The notes under the pieces: model-generated | Told to the model about the DNA's origin: nothing | The model's database searches: none | What the model saw: the letters and a program-made list of their open reading frames with translations, nothing else | Shown here: one piece after another, positions 8,166-16,687 of the stretch | Layout of the letters: every line of letters begins with the position of its first letter | Numbering within the stretch: position 1 is the first letter of the stretch | Translations under genes and position numbers: made by a program | DNA from: a virus | Reading direction: 5' to 3' (one strand) | DNA: 64,000 bases | IMG/VR virus record: IMGVR_UViG_3300045988_111022

Positions 8166-8188
8166 AACAAGTGTTCAATACATTTGTT
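8166..8188. promoter_or_regulatory. Two more AACA-N2-TGTT-type sites upstream of the cro-like gene
   Basis: AACAAGTGTT at 8166-8175 and TACATTTGTT at 8179-8188, followed by AGAT as at 3081-3084 and 5301-5304. Confidence 0.5.
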
Positions 8189-8219
8189 AGATAAATCTTT
8201 GTCTGGAAGGAGAAAAAAC

Positions 8220-8417
8220 ATGAAGAAAGTTCCGCTGCCAGAGTGGTGCGTGTCAGTCAAAAAAGCGATGGTTGAGCGCGACGATATGAGCGTCACCGAG
8301 CTGGCAAAAGAAATCGGGTACTCCCGCGCACACGTCAGCCAGGTCATCAATGGTACGATGGTGCCGTCTGCGAACATCAAGTCCGCGATTGAGTCCTGCC
8401 TGAACCTGCGGGCGTGA
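8220..8417 (+). CDS. Cro-like HTH protein (65 aa)
   Basis: GGAAGGAG RBS. MSVTELAKEIGYSRAHVSQVING is an HTH. Confidence 0.7.
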   Translation: MKKVPLPEWCVSVKKAMVERDDMSVTELAKEIGYSRAHVSQVINGTMVPSANIKSAIESCLNLRA

Positions 8418-8459
8418 TTTCTTACATCATAAGTTTACCAGAAAGGAGAGTTGTGCGAA

Positions 8460-8909
8460 ATGGCGGTTGATTGCCAGAATATCTACAAAAACGCGCGGAA
8501 ATCTGCCGGAATGACGCAGGAAAAAGCCGCACAGCTTTTGAACGTGTCAGTTGATTCTCTGCGGGATTATGAGCAGAGCCAGCGCCCGGTACCCAGCGAC
8601 GTGGCAAGCGCCATGTGCGATGTATACCAAGCCCCGTATCTTGCAGTTCAGCATCTGCGCCGGTCCTCAGAGCTGGGCAAGCGGGTGGTCCCGGAGATTC
8701 AGTTAAAGGACTTGCCGGAAGCTGTTCTCAGCGTTCTGGCGGCGGTTCAGAGGTTTATCGTAAAGCGCGATGCGATGATAGAGATCGTCGCAGATGGAAA
8801 AATCGAAGAGGACGAACAGGCTGAATGGAATGAGATCATGGATCGAATGAACAACCTGTTCGTGGCGATGGCCAATATGCGTTTTTCGAAAGGAGGGCGT
8901 CGGACGTGA
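8460..8909 (+). CDS. XRE-family HTH protein with a helical C-terminal domain
   Basis: YKNARKSAGMTQEKAAQLLNVSVDSLRDYEQSQRPVP. AAAGGAGAG RBS. Confidence 0.7.
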   Translation: MAVDCQNIYKNARKSAGMTQEKAAQLLNVSVDSLRDYEQSQRPVPSDVASAMCDVYQAPYLAVQHLRRSSELGKRVVPEIQLKDLPEAVLSVLAAVQRFIVKRDAMIEIVADGKIEEDEQAEWNEIMDRMNNLFVAMANMRFSKGGRRT

Positions 8910-9226
8910 AAGAATCGTACTTTATCGGCGTGAGCGAAGTGCAGGAAATTGTCGGATGCAGCAAATCCAGAGCCTATCAGTTTATCCAGCAGATGAACAA
9001 AGAGCTGGAAGCAAAGGGTCTGCTTACGTTTCCGGGCAGAGTGCCCCGGCGGTATGTGTTCGAGCGGTTCGGCATTACGGAGGTTCAGGATGATGCAAAA
9101 GGCAATAATCCCGCTGGTGGCAACAGCGGCGGCGCAACTACTGGTAATCGGAAGCATCGCCGCGGCGTTCGCTTTCCAACCGAAAGAAACGCAGCTCCCG
9201 ATAGCGATGATTCCTGTGCAAGCTGA
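8906..9226 (+). CDS. Excisionase-type / MerR-like HTH DNA-binding protein
   Basis: FIGVSEVQEIVGCSKSRAYQFIQQMNKELEAKGLLTFPGRVPRRY resembles HTH_17/Xis. The 3' end overlaps the next gene by 137 nt. Confidence 0.6.
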   Translation: MKESYFIGVSEVQEIVGCSKSRAYQFIQQMNKELEAKGLLTFPGRVPRRYVFERFGITEVQDDAKGNNPAGGNSGGATTGNRKHRRGVRFPTERNAAPDSDDSCAS

Positions 9227-9707
9227 CATCGAGCAGGGCGAGTGTATCCGGCGAGACCCGGCTCCCTATGAGCCGATTACATACCATGTGCCGCTGGATG
9301 AGGATTTACAGCAGTATACAGCCGAGATGTGCGACTTGTACGAAGTTCCGCTGGAGCTGGCCTACGCCGTCATGCAGGTCGAGAGCGGCTATACGGTGAG
9401 CGCTACCAGCTCAACCGGGGATTATGGTCTGATGCAGATCAACAGCATCAATGCCGGATGGCTCAAAGATGAGCTGGGAGTCACGGATCTGTTGGATGCC
9501 TGCCAGAACATCAAGGCTGGGTGCTATATGCTCGGAAGCTATCTTGCCCTGTACGATGGAGACATCAAACGAACGATGATGGCGTACAACCTTGGGAAGA
9601 GCGGGGCAGAAAAGGCTTGGAATGCAGGAACCCGCAGCACTGCCTACACCGACAAGGTGTGGAGCGCAATGGTTGGCCTTTTGGAGGAAGAAAGGGATGT
9701 TTCGTAA
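9090..9707 (+). CDS. Membrane-anchored lytic transglycosylase (SLT domain)
   Basis: N-terminal TM helix, then AYAVMQVESG (catalytic Glu), GLMQI, AYNLG motifs. GGAGG RBS. Confidence 0.85.
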   Translation: MMQKAIIPLVATAAAQLLVIGSIAAAFAFQPKETQLPIAMIPVQADIEQGECIRRDPAPYEPITYHVPLDEDLQQYTAEMCDLYEVPLELAYAVMQVESGYTVSATSSTGDYGLMQINSINAGWLKDELGVTDLLDACQNIKAGCYMLGSYLALYDGDIKRTMMAYNLGKSGAEKAWNAGTRSTAYTDKVWSAMVGLLEEERDVS

Positions 9708-10008
9708 GGTGATGCAAATGATTCAGGATTACGCGGAGAAGAAGCTGCTGGATGAAGTCTTTGCTACATACCTCGATGTGCAGGATGCCGCAGCTGAGAT
9801 GGCGCAGGTGCTCCCGTGTCCCCGGTGTGGGAAGCTGACCATGAAGATGCGCTTGCACAGCAACGCTCTTTCCCGTCAGGTTCCGGGCATCACGATTTGT
9901 GACCAGTGCGGAACCGAAGAAGCGCTGGATGCAATGGCGGGGAAGCCAAAGGATGCCCATGAATGGGCGCTGGTCAAAGCCTACATGAAAGGAGCAAACC
10001 TCAAATGA
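9697..10008 (+). CDS. Zinc-ribbon protein (103 aa)
   Basis: CPRCG...CDQCG pairs. Overlaps the SLT stop. Confidence 0.55.
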   Translation: MFRKVMQMIQDYAEKKLLDEVFATYLDVQDAAAEMAQVLPCPRCGKLTMKMRLHSNALSRQVPGITICDQCGTEEALDAMAGKPKDAHEWALVKAYMKGANLK

Positions 10009-10391
10009 AGCGCAGGGAAAAGAAGCTGAGCGTGATGGATTGGGTTCTAGTGGGCCTGCTGGACACGCTGGCCGGGGTCGTAGCTGGAGGGCTGATGGCA
10101 ATATGGCAGTTGCCGAGCGCCTACCGCTGGCGTGGCTACTGGGCAATCGGCGGCGAATGGCTGCTTGTCATCATTGCAATCATCATGGCGGTGCGGCTGA
10201 CGCACGCATTCCAGATGTTCATGATTTTCGGAGGAAAGAAGCATGGTAAGATGCGCTCGGTGTCACAGGGTCATTACAGATCCGGCGGCAATCGATGCGG
10301 GGTACGGCGCAAAGTGTTACGCCAAGGAGTTCGGAAAGAAGCTGAAATCGCCCGCAAGACCTCGCAAGGGAAAGACCGCTACACAGCCTAA
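10005..10391 (+). CDS. Small membrane protein; 3' end uncertain
   Basis: Two TM helices (WVLVGLLDTLAGVVAGGLMAIW, WLLVIIAIIMAV). The Arg-rich tail is an out-of-frame read of the next gene. Confidence 0.5.
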   Translation: MKRREKKLSVMDWVLVGLLDTLAGVVAGGLMAIWQLPSAYRWRGYWAIGGEWLLVIIAIIMAVRLTHAFQMFMIFGGKKHGKMRSVSQGHYRSGGNRCGVRRKVLRQGVRKEAEIARKTSQGKDRYTA

Positions 10392-10497
10392 GAGCACCGC
10401 TGAGCGCCAAATCATCGGCCAACTCACGGTATATGACATACTCGCCGCACACGAAAAAAGCACCGACCAGAACGGCCGGTGCGCTACAAATGGATAG
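10243..10497 (+). CDS. DUF6011-like protein
   Basis: RCARCHRVITDPAAIDAGYGAKC matches the C.RC.R.LTDP.S...G.G..C pattern. Confidence 0.6.
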   Translation: MVRCARCHRVITDPAAIDAGYGAKCYAKEFGKKLKSPARPRKGKTATQPKSTAERQIIGQLTVYDILAAHEKSTDQNGRCATNG

Positions 10498-10671
10498 AGA
10501 CCCGCACATTCCGTTGGCGCTTGATGCAGGAACATCAAGCCGGAAAATACAGGTCTCCACCACACACAACCATATTGTAGCATATTCGGTTGGATTTTTC
10601 AACAGGTACGAAGCGGCGAGAAAGGACTATCCTTTCTGCCGTTTTTCTATGCAAAAATTAGGAGGTACAAC

Positions 10672-11661
10672 ATGGAAAAAGAACTTACTACCGCCACAAC
10701 CACGCAGGAGCCGATGTTGGCCGAGAGTCTGATTGTGGTGCAGCAACTTCCTGTTATCAAAGAGCAACTGCACAGCATCAAGGCTCAGGCACAGGCGTCC
10801 GTGACGGAAGCGCTGGCGCTGGTTTGCACGGAAGAGACGCTCAAGGTCGTTAAGGAGCAGCGGGCAAAACTGAATCGTGACCGCAAGGATTTGGATGACC
10901 GTCGTGCAGTCGTTAAGAAGCAGATCATGAAGCCTTTTGAGGACTTCGACAAGGTTTACAAGGAATGCGTCACCGATGTCTATGGCCCTGCGGATGAAGC
11001 GCTGAAAGGTAAAATCACGGACGTGGAAGCCGGCTTGAAAGCTGACAAGGAGAAGAAAGTGGTCGCTTACTTCGACGAGCTGGTCAAGGCAAACGGGGTC
11101 GAGTGGGTCAGCTATGGGGACGTCGGCATTGCCGTTACCATGACGGCGAGCCTGAAATCTTTGAAGAGCAAGGTCAAGGATTACGTTGACCGCGTAGTGG
11201 CTGATGTGAACTGCATCAATGGCATGGAGAATGCCCCGGAGGTCATGGCCGAGTATAAGCAGTGCCGCAATCTGGCCGTTGCGATTAACAGCGTGAGCCA
11301 GCGCAAAGACCGTGTGGCCCGCGAGGAAGCTGAACGGAAACAGCGCCTTGAAGCCCAGCTTCGTGCGCAGGAAGCAGAGTCGGCGGTGCTGGATGCGGTA
11401 GAAGAAGAGCTGGCCGCGCCGCAAGTCATGGGCGCCGAGCCTCCGGTTATGGATGAGCAGGAGGTCGAAGAAACCCAACAGGAGAGCGAGGAACAGGTCA
11501 TGACGGCCCAATTTGCTTTCATGGGCCGCACGTTCCAGTGCCGCGGTACATTGACCCAGCTCCGGGAGCTGAAGTCTTTCGTAAATGAAAAAATCGACGA
11601 GATCCAGAAGCATATGGATTCCGTCGGCATCGAGAATGAGGAGGTAAGCGACAATGGCTAA
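10672..11661 (+). CDS. DUF1351-family phage protein (RecT-associated)
   Basis: Coiled-coil protein with IVVQQLPVIKEQL... at the start. Classic position directly upstream of recT in Firmicute phages. Confidence 0.7.
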   Translation: MEKELTTATTTQEPMLAESLIVVQQLPVIKEQLHSIKAQAQASVTEALALVCTEETLKVVKEQRAKLNRDRKDLDDRRAVVKKQIMKPFEDFDKVYKECVTDVYGPADEALKGKITDVEAGLKADKEKKVVAYFDELVKANGVEWVSYGDVGIAVTMTASLKSLKSKVKDYVDRVVADVNCINGMENAPEVMAEYKQCRNLAVAINSVSQRKDRVAREEAERKQRLEAQLRAQEAESAVLDAVEEELAAPQVMGAEPPVMDEQEVEETQQESEEQVMTAQFAFMGRTFQCRGTLTQLRELKSFVNEKIDEIQKHMDSVGIENEEVSDNG

Positions 11662-12613
11662 AGCAGTACAGCCGAAGAAATTGTACTTCTCTCAGGCAAT
11701 GCAGACCGAGAAATACAAGAAACTCATAAATAATACCCTAGGCGATCCGGTACGCGCGGCACGATTCGCTGCAAATATCACTTCTGCTGTGGCAGTTAAC
11801 CCTACCTTGCAGGAGTGTGATGCAGGTACTATTTTGGCGGGTGCCCTTTTGGGTGAAAGCCTGCTCTTGCAGCCTTCCCCGCAGTTGGGCCAGTTCTACT
11901 TGGTGCCGTTCGAATCCAAAGCAAAACGTGACCGGCAGGGTAATGTGATTAAGCCGGCGTGTCTCAAGGCGCAATTCGTTTTGGGTTACAAGGGATACAT
12001 CCAGTTGGCTCTGAGAACGGGCCAGTACAAGCGCCTGAATGTTCTGGAAGTCAAATCCGGGGAACTGGGCGGTTGGGATCCCTTTGAAGAGCGTTTCCAT
12101 GAAATGCACTTCATCGAAGATTTTGAAAAGCGTGCAGCAATGCCGACTGTGGGCTACATTGCCCATTTTGAGTATATCAATGGTTTCCAGAAAACGCTGT
12201 ACTGGACGGCAGACCAGATGATGTCTCATGCGGACAAATATTCCCCGGCATTCAGCGCCGCCGCATATAAGAAGCTGCTGAATGGTGAGATTCCGCAGAA
12301 TGAGTTGTGGAAGTATTCGAGCTTCTGGTACAAAGACTTCGACGGGATGGCCAAAAAGACCATGCTGCGCCAGTTGATTTCCAAGTGGGGCATTATGACG
12401 GCAGAAATGACGATGGCCTATGAAAGAGACGGCCATGTGATGATGCCGGACACCGCGAGCGGAGACCTGTTGCCGGAAGTGACCGATACCCCGGAACTCA
12501 GCCAGCAGGATGAGCAGGAACAGCCCAAAATCGAGCGGACGGCCAAAACTATGGACTTGCCGGAGCCGGAAGCAGACGAAGTGAAAGCGGCTGTTGATTT
12601 GGCGACACTCTGA
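11654..12613 (+). CDS. recT: RecT-family single-strand annealing recombinase
   Basis: ...NPTLQECD..TILAGAL....L.L.PSPQLGQFYLVPF....LGYKGYIQLALRTGQY is typical RecT core. Confidence 0.88.
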   Translation: MAKAVQPKKLYFSQAMQTEKYKKLINNTLGDPVRAARFAANITSAVAVNPTLQECDAGTILAGALLGESLLLQPSPQLGQFYLVPFESKAKRDRQGNVIKPACLKAQFVLGYKGYIQLALRTGQYKRLNVLEVKSGELGGWDPFEERFHEMHFIEDFEKRAAMPTVGYIAHFEYINGFQKTLYWTADQMMSHADKYSPAFSAAAYKKLLNGEIPQNELWKYSSFWYKDFDGMAKKTMLRQLISKWGIMTAEMTMAYERDGHVMMPDTASGDLLPEVTDTPELSQQDEQEQPKIERTAKTMDLPEPEADEVKAAVDLATL

Positions 12614-13281
12614 TGGTCAAGTACAACATTATCAGCACCGGAAGTGACGGCAACGCTACGATTTTGGAAGATTTTGTGCTGATAGACTGCGGGGTGCCTT
12701 ACAAAGCGCTGGAGCCATATGTGACGAAGCTGAAACTTGTGCTTTTGACGCATATTCATTCAGATCACTTCCAAAAGCGCACCATCAAGCGGCTTGCCGA
12801 AGAACGGCCAACGCTGCGCTTTGGGTGTTGCCGCTGGCTGGCACCGCCGCTTCTGGCCGCAGGGGTGCCGGAACGTCAGATTGATGTGCTGGAACCCCGG
12901 ACCATGTACGGATACGGCCTGTGCAATGTGATTCCGTTCATGCTGGTGCATAACGTGCCGAACTGCGGGTACAAGGTGCATTTTCCATCTGGCAAGGCGA
13001 TTTATGCCACTGACACCAACAACCTGAACGGGGTGCAGGCACTCGGATATGACCTCTATTTGATAGAAGCCAATTACAGAGACGAGGACATTCAGGCCAA
13101 AATCGCAGAGAAAAAGGCTGCTGGACAGTATGCCTATGAGATGCAGGTGCTCAAGAATCACCTATCGGAAGCAAAGTGCAATGATTTCTTGGTGAGAAAT
13201 ATGCAGGCGAACAGCGTGTATATTCCTATGCACGTTCATGTTGACAAGGAGAAAACGGATGGTCGTAACGGCGAAAATTGA
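12613..13281 (+). CDS. MBL-fold metallo-hydrolase (probable recombination exonuclease partner)
   Basis: HIHSDH (HxHxDH) motif. ATGA coupling to recT. Confidence 0.8.
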   Translation: MVKYNIISTGSDGNATILEDFVLIDCGVPYKALEPYVTKLKLVLLTHIHSDHFQKRTIKRLAEERPTLRFGCCRWLAPPLLAAGVPERQIDVLEPRTMYGYGLCNVIPFMLVHNVPNCGYKVHFPSGKAIYATDTNNLNGVQALGYDLYLIEANYRDEDIQAKIAEKKAAGQYAYEMQVLKNHLSEAKCNDFLVRNMQANSVYIPMHVHVDKEKTDGRNGEN

Positions 13282-13927
13282 AAAGCTGGAAGATGGAAAG
13301 CTCGTCCTGAAGCCCGATACGGACATCAGCCGCTTTGTGGAGCAGAAACGCCCCCGGCGGGTGGAAGTTCGGCTGGATGATGGACGCACGATTTCCGTTG
13401 ACCAGCGCCGAAAGATTTTTGCCATCATCCGTGACATTTCTTTGTGGTCCGGCCATGAGCCGGAAGAACTTCGGCAGTATTTGGAATGGGATTTCTGCTC
13501 CCGCGCTATGCGGGAGTGGTTCTCCCTCTCAGACTGCGACATGACGACAGCACGAGAATTCATTACTTACCTGATTTCGTTTTGTTTCCACTGGGGCGTT
13601 CCGACCAAGGATAGTCTGCTGACGCAGACGGACGACATTGGAAAGTACCTGTACCTGTGCCTTGAAAATCGCCGCTGCGCAATTTGCAACCGTCCGGCGG
13701 AGGTGCATCACGTTGACCGTATCGGCATGGGTATGGACAGAGAAAAGGTCGTCCACGTTGGCCTGAACGCAATCGCACTTTGCCGAGCACATCACGAGGA
13801 AGCGCACCGCCGGGAGAATGCGTTGTTCGCTGAGTACCACATCTATGGAATCAAGCTGGACAAGCACCTGTGCAAAGTGCTCTCCCTCAATCAAAAGCCG
13901 AAAGGGGAGGTGAAGCGTGGCGAATGA
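13259..13927 (+). CDS. Phage HNH-type nuclease (HNHc_6-like)
   Basis: C-terminal CAICNRPAEVHHVDRIGMG......N.IALCRAHHEEAH. AAGGAG RBS. Confidence 0.7.
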   Translation: MVVTAKIEKLEDGKLVLKPDTDISRFVEQKRPRRVEVRLDDGRTISVDQRRKIFAIIRDISLWSGHEPEELRQYLEWDFCSRAMREWFSLSDCDMTTAREFITYLISFCFHWGVPTKDSLLTQTDDIGKYLYLCLENRRCAICNRPAEVHHVDRIGMGMDREKVVHVGLNAIALCRAHHEEAHRRENALFAEYHIYGIKLDKHLCKVLSLNQKPKGEVKRGE

Positions 13928-14642
13928 CTACATAAAGCTATGGGTGAAAGACTACCGAGCGCTACTGGAACCGTTCAGTGAAGCAGAACGGGGGCGCATT
14001 TTGTGGGCGATGATGGACTACAAGGAATCGGGGACTGAGCCGAGCTTTTTAGGAAATGAACGCTTCGTCTGGGCAGCTATCAAGGCAAAGATTGATGCTT
14101 CCAATGAAGCCTACGAGCGACAAGCGGCGGCTAATCGTGCCAATGGTGCAAGGGGCGGAAGGCCGAGAAAAAATAAAGAAACTCCAGAAAACCCAAAAAA
14201 CCGAATGGGTTTTGAACCTGCCAAAGAATCAGAGGGCGCAGACGAACAACAGGAGACATCAACCGGCCCGCCCGACGGAAAGCCGGAATCCTACTGGATC
14301 TGGGCTGGGTGCGATAAGGTGCTCACGCCTTATATGGCCTCAGAATTCCGGGGCCTGCGGGAAGCAGGCGTAGAGGATGCCTTAGTGGTGGCCGCGCTGA
14401 AAGAAGCGATGCGCCATCAAGCAAAGTATCCTTGGGTCTATGCCAAGCGTCTGCTTGACCAAGCAACAGCACAAAAAATCACAACGCTGGAAGCGTGGGA
14501 AAAAGTACATATCACATACAAAGGAAACCGGGTTGACCGGGAGACGCCGAGTGGAAATAACTTCCTTGGCCTTGATAACAGCTTGAATCTCCTGAAAAGG
14601 AGACCTCTCAAAAAGCGGGCGGAGGAAGTTCCGCCAGACTAA
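13917..14642 (+). CDS. DnaD-like replication initiation protein
   Basis: N-terminal YIKLW.KDY..L..FS.AERGR. C-terminal DnaD-type ..AMRHQAKYPWVYAKRLLDQ. The low-complexity linker carries the iteron block. Confidence 0.75.
   Translation: MANDYIKLWVKDYRALLEPFSEAERGRILWAMMDYKESGTEPSFLGNERFVWAAIKAKIDASNEAYERQAAANRANGARGGRPRKNKETPENPKNRMGFEPAKESEGADEQQETSTGPPDGKPESYWIWAGCDKVLTPYMASEFRGLREAGVEDALVVAALKEAMRHQAKYPWVYAKRLLDQATAQKITTLEAWEKVHITYKGNRVDRETPSGNNFLGLDNSLNLLKRRPLKKRAEEVPPD
14188..14213. repeat. 26-nt iteron block, perfect reverse complement of 4651-4676
   Basis: AAAACCCAAAAAACCGAATGGGTTTT lies inside the DnaD-like gene linker (codes PENPKNRMGF). Confidence 0.8.
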
Positions 14643-14654
14643 GGAGGCTTTCTA

Positions 14655-15599
14655 ATGGGAAGCGATATTCGCCATGTCCGCGGCGAGGCCCAGAAAGAGC
14701 TTGTGAAGAAGTTTGAAGTATTTACAAGCAAGGGGCGATCAAGGTGGCAGGTTTGGAGCGATTGGATTACGATAAGCGCCATCGCCGTGTCCAATGCGAC
14801 GGACAAGAACCACTTCGATGAACGAGAGCGGCAGTACATGACTATCGTGAAAAAGTACACGAAGCAGGAAACAGATACGTTCGCAGATATGCTTTCGCTT
14901 CTGGTTATGGCGCTGGAGGATGACCCGGAACAGGATTTCCTTGGCGAGTTGTATATGCGCTTGGGGCTTGGAAATGACCATGCAGGCCAATTCTTTACGC
15001 CCTACCACCTGTGCGAGTTTACGTCAGCAGTAACGACCCCTGCGGAAGAGTTTCAGCAGAAAATCGGAGACAGGGGATGGGTTGCAGTCTGTGATCCGAC
15101 CTGCGGCGCTGGGGCCTTGCTGGTGGCGTTCGCAAACAAATGCAGAAAGAAAGGCATCAATTATCAGACGGATGTGCTGTTTGTGGCGCAGGACATTGAC
15201 TACATCGTGGGTATGATGTGCTATCTGCAAATGAGTCTGCTTGGAATGCCGGGATACGTCGTCATCGGTGATACGCTTGCAAGCCCGTCTACGTCTTATG
15301 ACAAAAGAGGGCTGATTCCAGTTGACAAAGGGAACGTCTGGTACACGCCGCTGCTCAGGATCCCGGTTTGGCAGTATCGAATCTTTATGGCGCAGATGGA
15401 GCTGGTCACTCAGCCGATAAAGGAAGAGCGTGCTGCGGATGCGCCAAAATCCGAACCACAGAAAGCCCTTGAAGCCACAAAAAAGAGTAAGCAACCAAAA
15501 GATACGGAAAAGCCAAAAGCCGCTAAAATGCCGCCCAAAGAGCCGGAGCAGGAACCGATATTCTCTGAGGGTAAGGGCGGGCAGTTGAGCTTTTTCTGA
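14655..15599 (+). CDS. HsdM/N6-adenine-methylase-like protein with no visible catalytic (N/D)PP(F/Y/W) motif
   Basis: GQFFTP, DPTCGAGALL, VAQDID and GDTL motifs are present in order. The sequence then diverges into a K/P/E-rich tail. Confidence 0.7.
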   Translation: MGSDIRHVRGEAQKELVKKFEVFTSKGRSRWQVWSDWITISAIAVSNATDKNHFDERERQYMTIVKKYTKQETDTFADMLSLLVMALEDDPEQDFLGELYMRLGLGNDHAGQFFTPYHLCEFTSAVTTPAEEFQQKIGDRGWVAVCDPTCGAGALLVAFANKCRKKGINYQTDVLFVAQDIDYIVGMMCYLQMSLLGMPGYVVIGDTLASPSTSYDKRGLIPVDKGNVWYTPLLRIPVWQYRIFMAQMELVTQPIKEERAADAPKSEPQKALEATKKSKQPKDTEKPKAAKMPPKEPEQEPIFSEGKGGQLSFF

Positions 15600-15611
15600 T
15601 AGGAGGACAAT

Positions 15612-16148
15612 ATGGATTCCACCACACACACCACAACCACAGTAGAGTTCGTCGATTGGCGGACCAAGGCAAAAGAGAAGCTGGAGGCAGAGGACAAGTT
15701 GTTCAAAGGCGGGCGCGCCGCCGCGAGCGTTCAGAGCTATGTGCTGCGGGCACTGCTGAACTTTGCAGATCAGGAGCCGCGCTTCGCTGAGGTCGTTTGT
15801 AACACGGAGCGCACGTTCTCTGAATGCTGCGCGGCAGTCGTGCACAATGCGGGAGAGGTTCTGTCTGACCTTGAAGCGTATCGCAAGGCCGTGCAGTTCT
15901 ACTTCCCCAATGCTGAAATCTCGTTTTCGATGAACATCAATCTTACCGGAACGCCGCCGACGGAAGAAGAGATGCGGGCGCCGGCAACCATTAAACCGGA
16001 GAACGCCACCCCGAATATTCCGAAACCGCAGGAGCCGGCAAAGGAAAAGCCCGACCAAAAGAAGCCGAAACCGGAGAAAAAGCCTGCAAAGAAGAAAGAG
16101 AAGCAGAGCGAGGATTCGATGCAGCTTTCCTTGGAGGGATGGTTCTGA
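15612..16148 (+). CDS. PcfK-like protein (AcrIIA9-family-like)
   Basis: ...LNFADQEPRFAEVV.....FSECCAAV.......SDLEAYRKAVQFYFPNAEI. K/P/E-rich tail. Upstream of a PcfJ-like gene. Confidence 0.65.
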   Translation: MDSTTHTTTTVEFVDWRTKAKEKLEAEDKLFKGGRAAASVQSYVLRALLNFADQEPRFAEVVCNTERTFSECCAAVVHNAGEVLSDLEAYRKAVQFYFPNAEISFSMNINLTGTPPTEEEMRAPATIKPENATPNIPKPQEPAKEKPDQKKPKPEKKPAKKKEKQSEDSMQLSLEGWF

Positions 16149-16687
16149 TGATTTTGGGATTCAAGGGATTCAAGCCGGGGCTGGTCGCAACGCTTGGAAA
16201 CGGAAAATTCCAGTATGTTCCGAACGAGCTGAATGAGACGAAAAAGGCCATGTGCGCCAGCACCGGGTTCCATTATTGCTTAGACCCGTGGGATTGCCTG
16301 AATTGGTACACATGGAACGGCAAGAATGAGTTTTGGGCAGTTGCGGCCGGGGGCGATGTTGACGAGGATGGCTACGGAAGCCGGAGCAGCTGTACGAAGC
16401 TGGTTCCTCTCCGCAAGCTGACAGCAGAAGAATTTTTGCTGATGCACGCCAACTATGTGTTTGAGCATCCTGCGGAGAAGTTTGAGGACAGCTATAAAGG
16501 GCCATTTCATGTCGCATATGGCCGGGATAAGAAGCTGGCCGGAGAACTGGGAGAATGGCTCTGCTTCATCATCCAAGATCAGCAGGAGTCCATCTGCATT
16601 GCACAGCCGATTGACGGCGTGAAGATTTTGCCGGGGAAGAACTACACGGCAGAGAGCTTGGAGGCGGCACACAATGAAAAAGGCTGA
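16148..16687 (+). CDS. Conserved hypothetical (KGF...GFHYC motif family)
   Basis: MILGFKGFKPGL......F.Y.......CASTGFHYCLDPWDCLNWY. ATGA coupling. Confidence 0.6.
   Translation: MILGFKGFKPGLVATLGNGKFQYVPNELNETKKAMCASTGFHYCLDPWDCLNWYTWNGKNEFWAVAAGGDVDEDGYGSRSSCTKLVPLRKLTAEEFLLMHANYVFEHPAEKFEDSYKGPFHVAYGRDKKLAGELGEWLCFIIQDQQESICIAQPIDGVKILPGKNYTAESLEAAHNEKG

Noticed and set aside
8013-8219. N-terminal extension of the cro-like ORF, making the ORF-track 134-aa protein
   Set aside because: There is no RBS at 8013. A strong GGAAGGAG RBS precedes the ATG at 8220, and the HTH domain begins right after it. The upstream part is treated as a structured leader.
13259-13927. The HNH protein as a homing endonuclease marking an intron or intein
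   Set aside because: It is a free-standing gene in the replication module with no interrupted flanking gene. This is the common phage HNHc_6-type arrangement.
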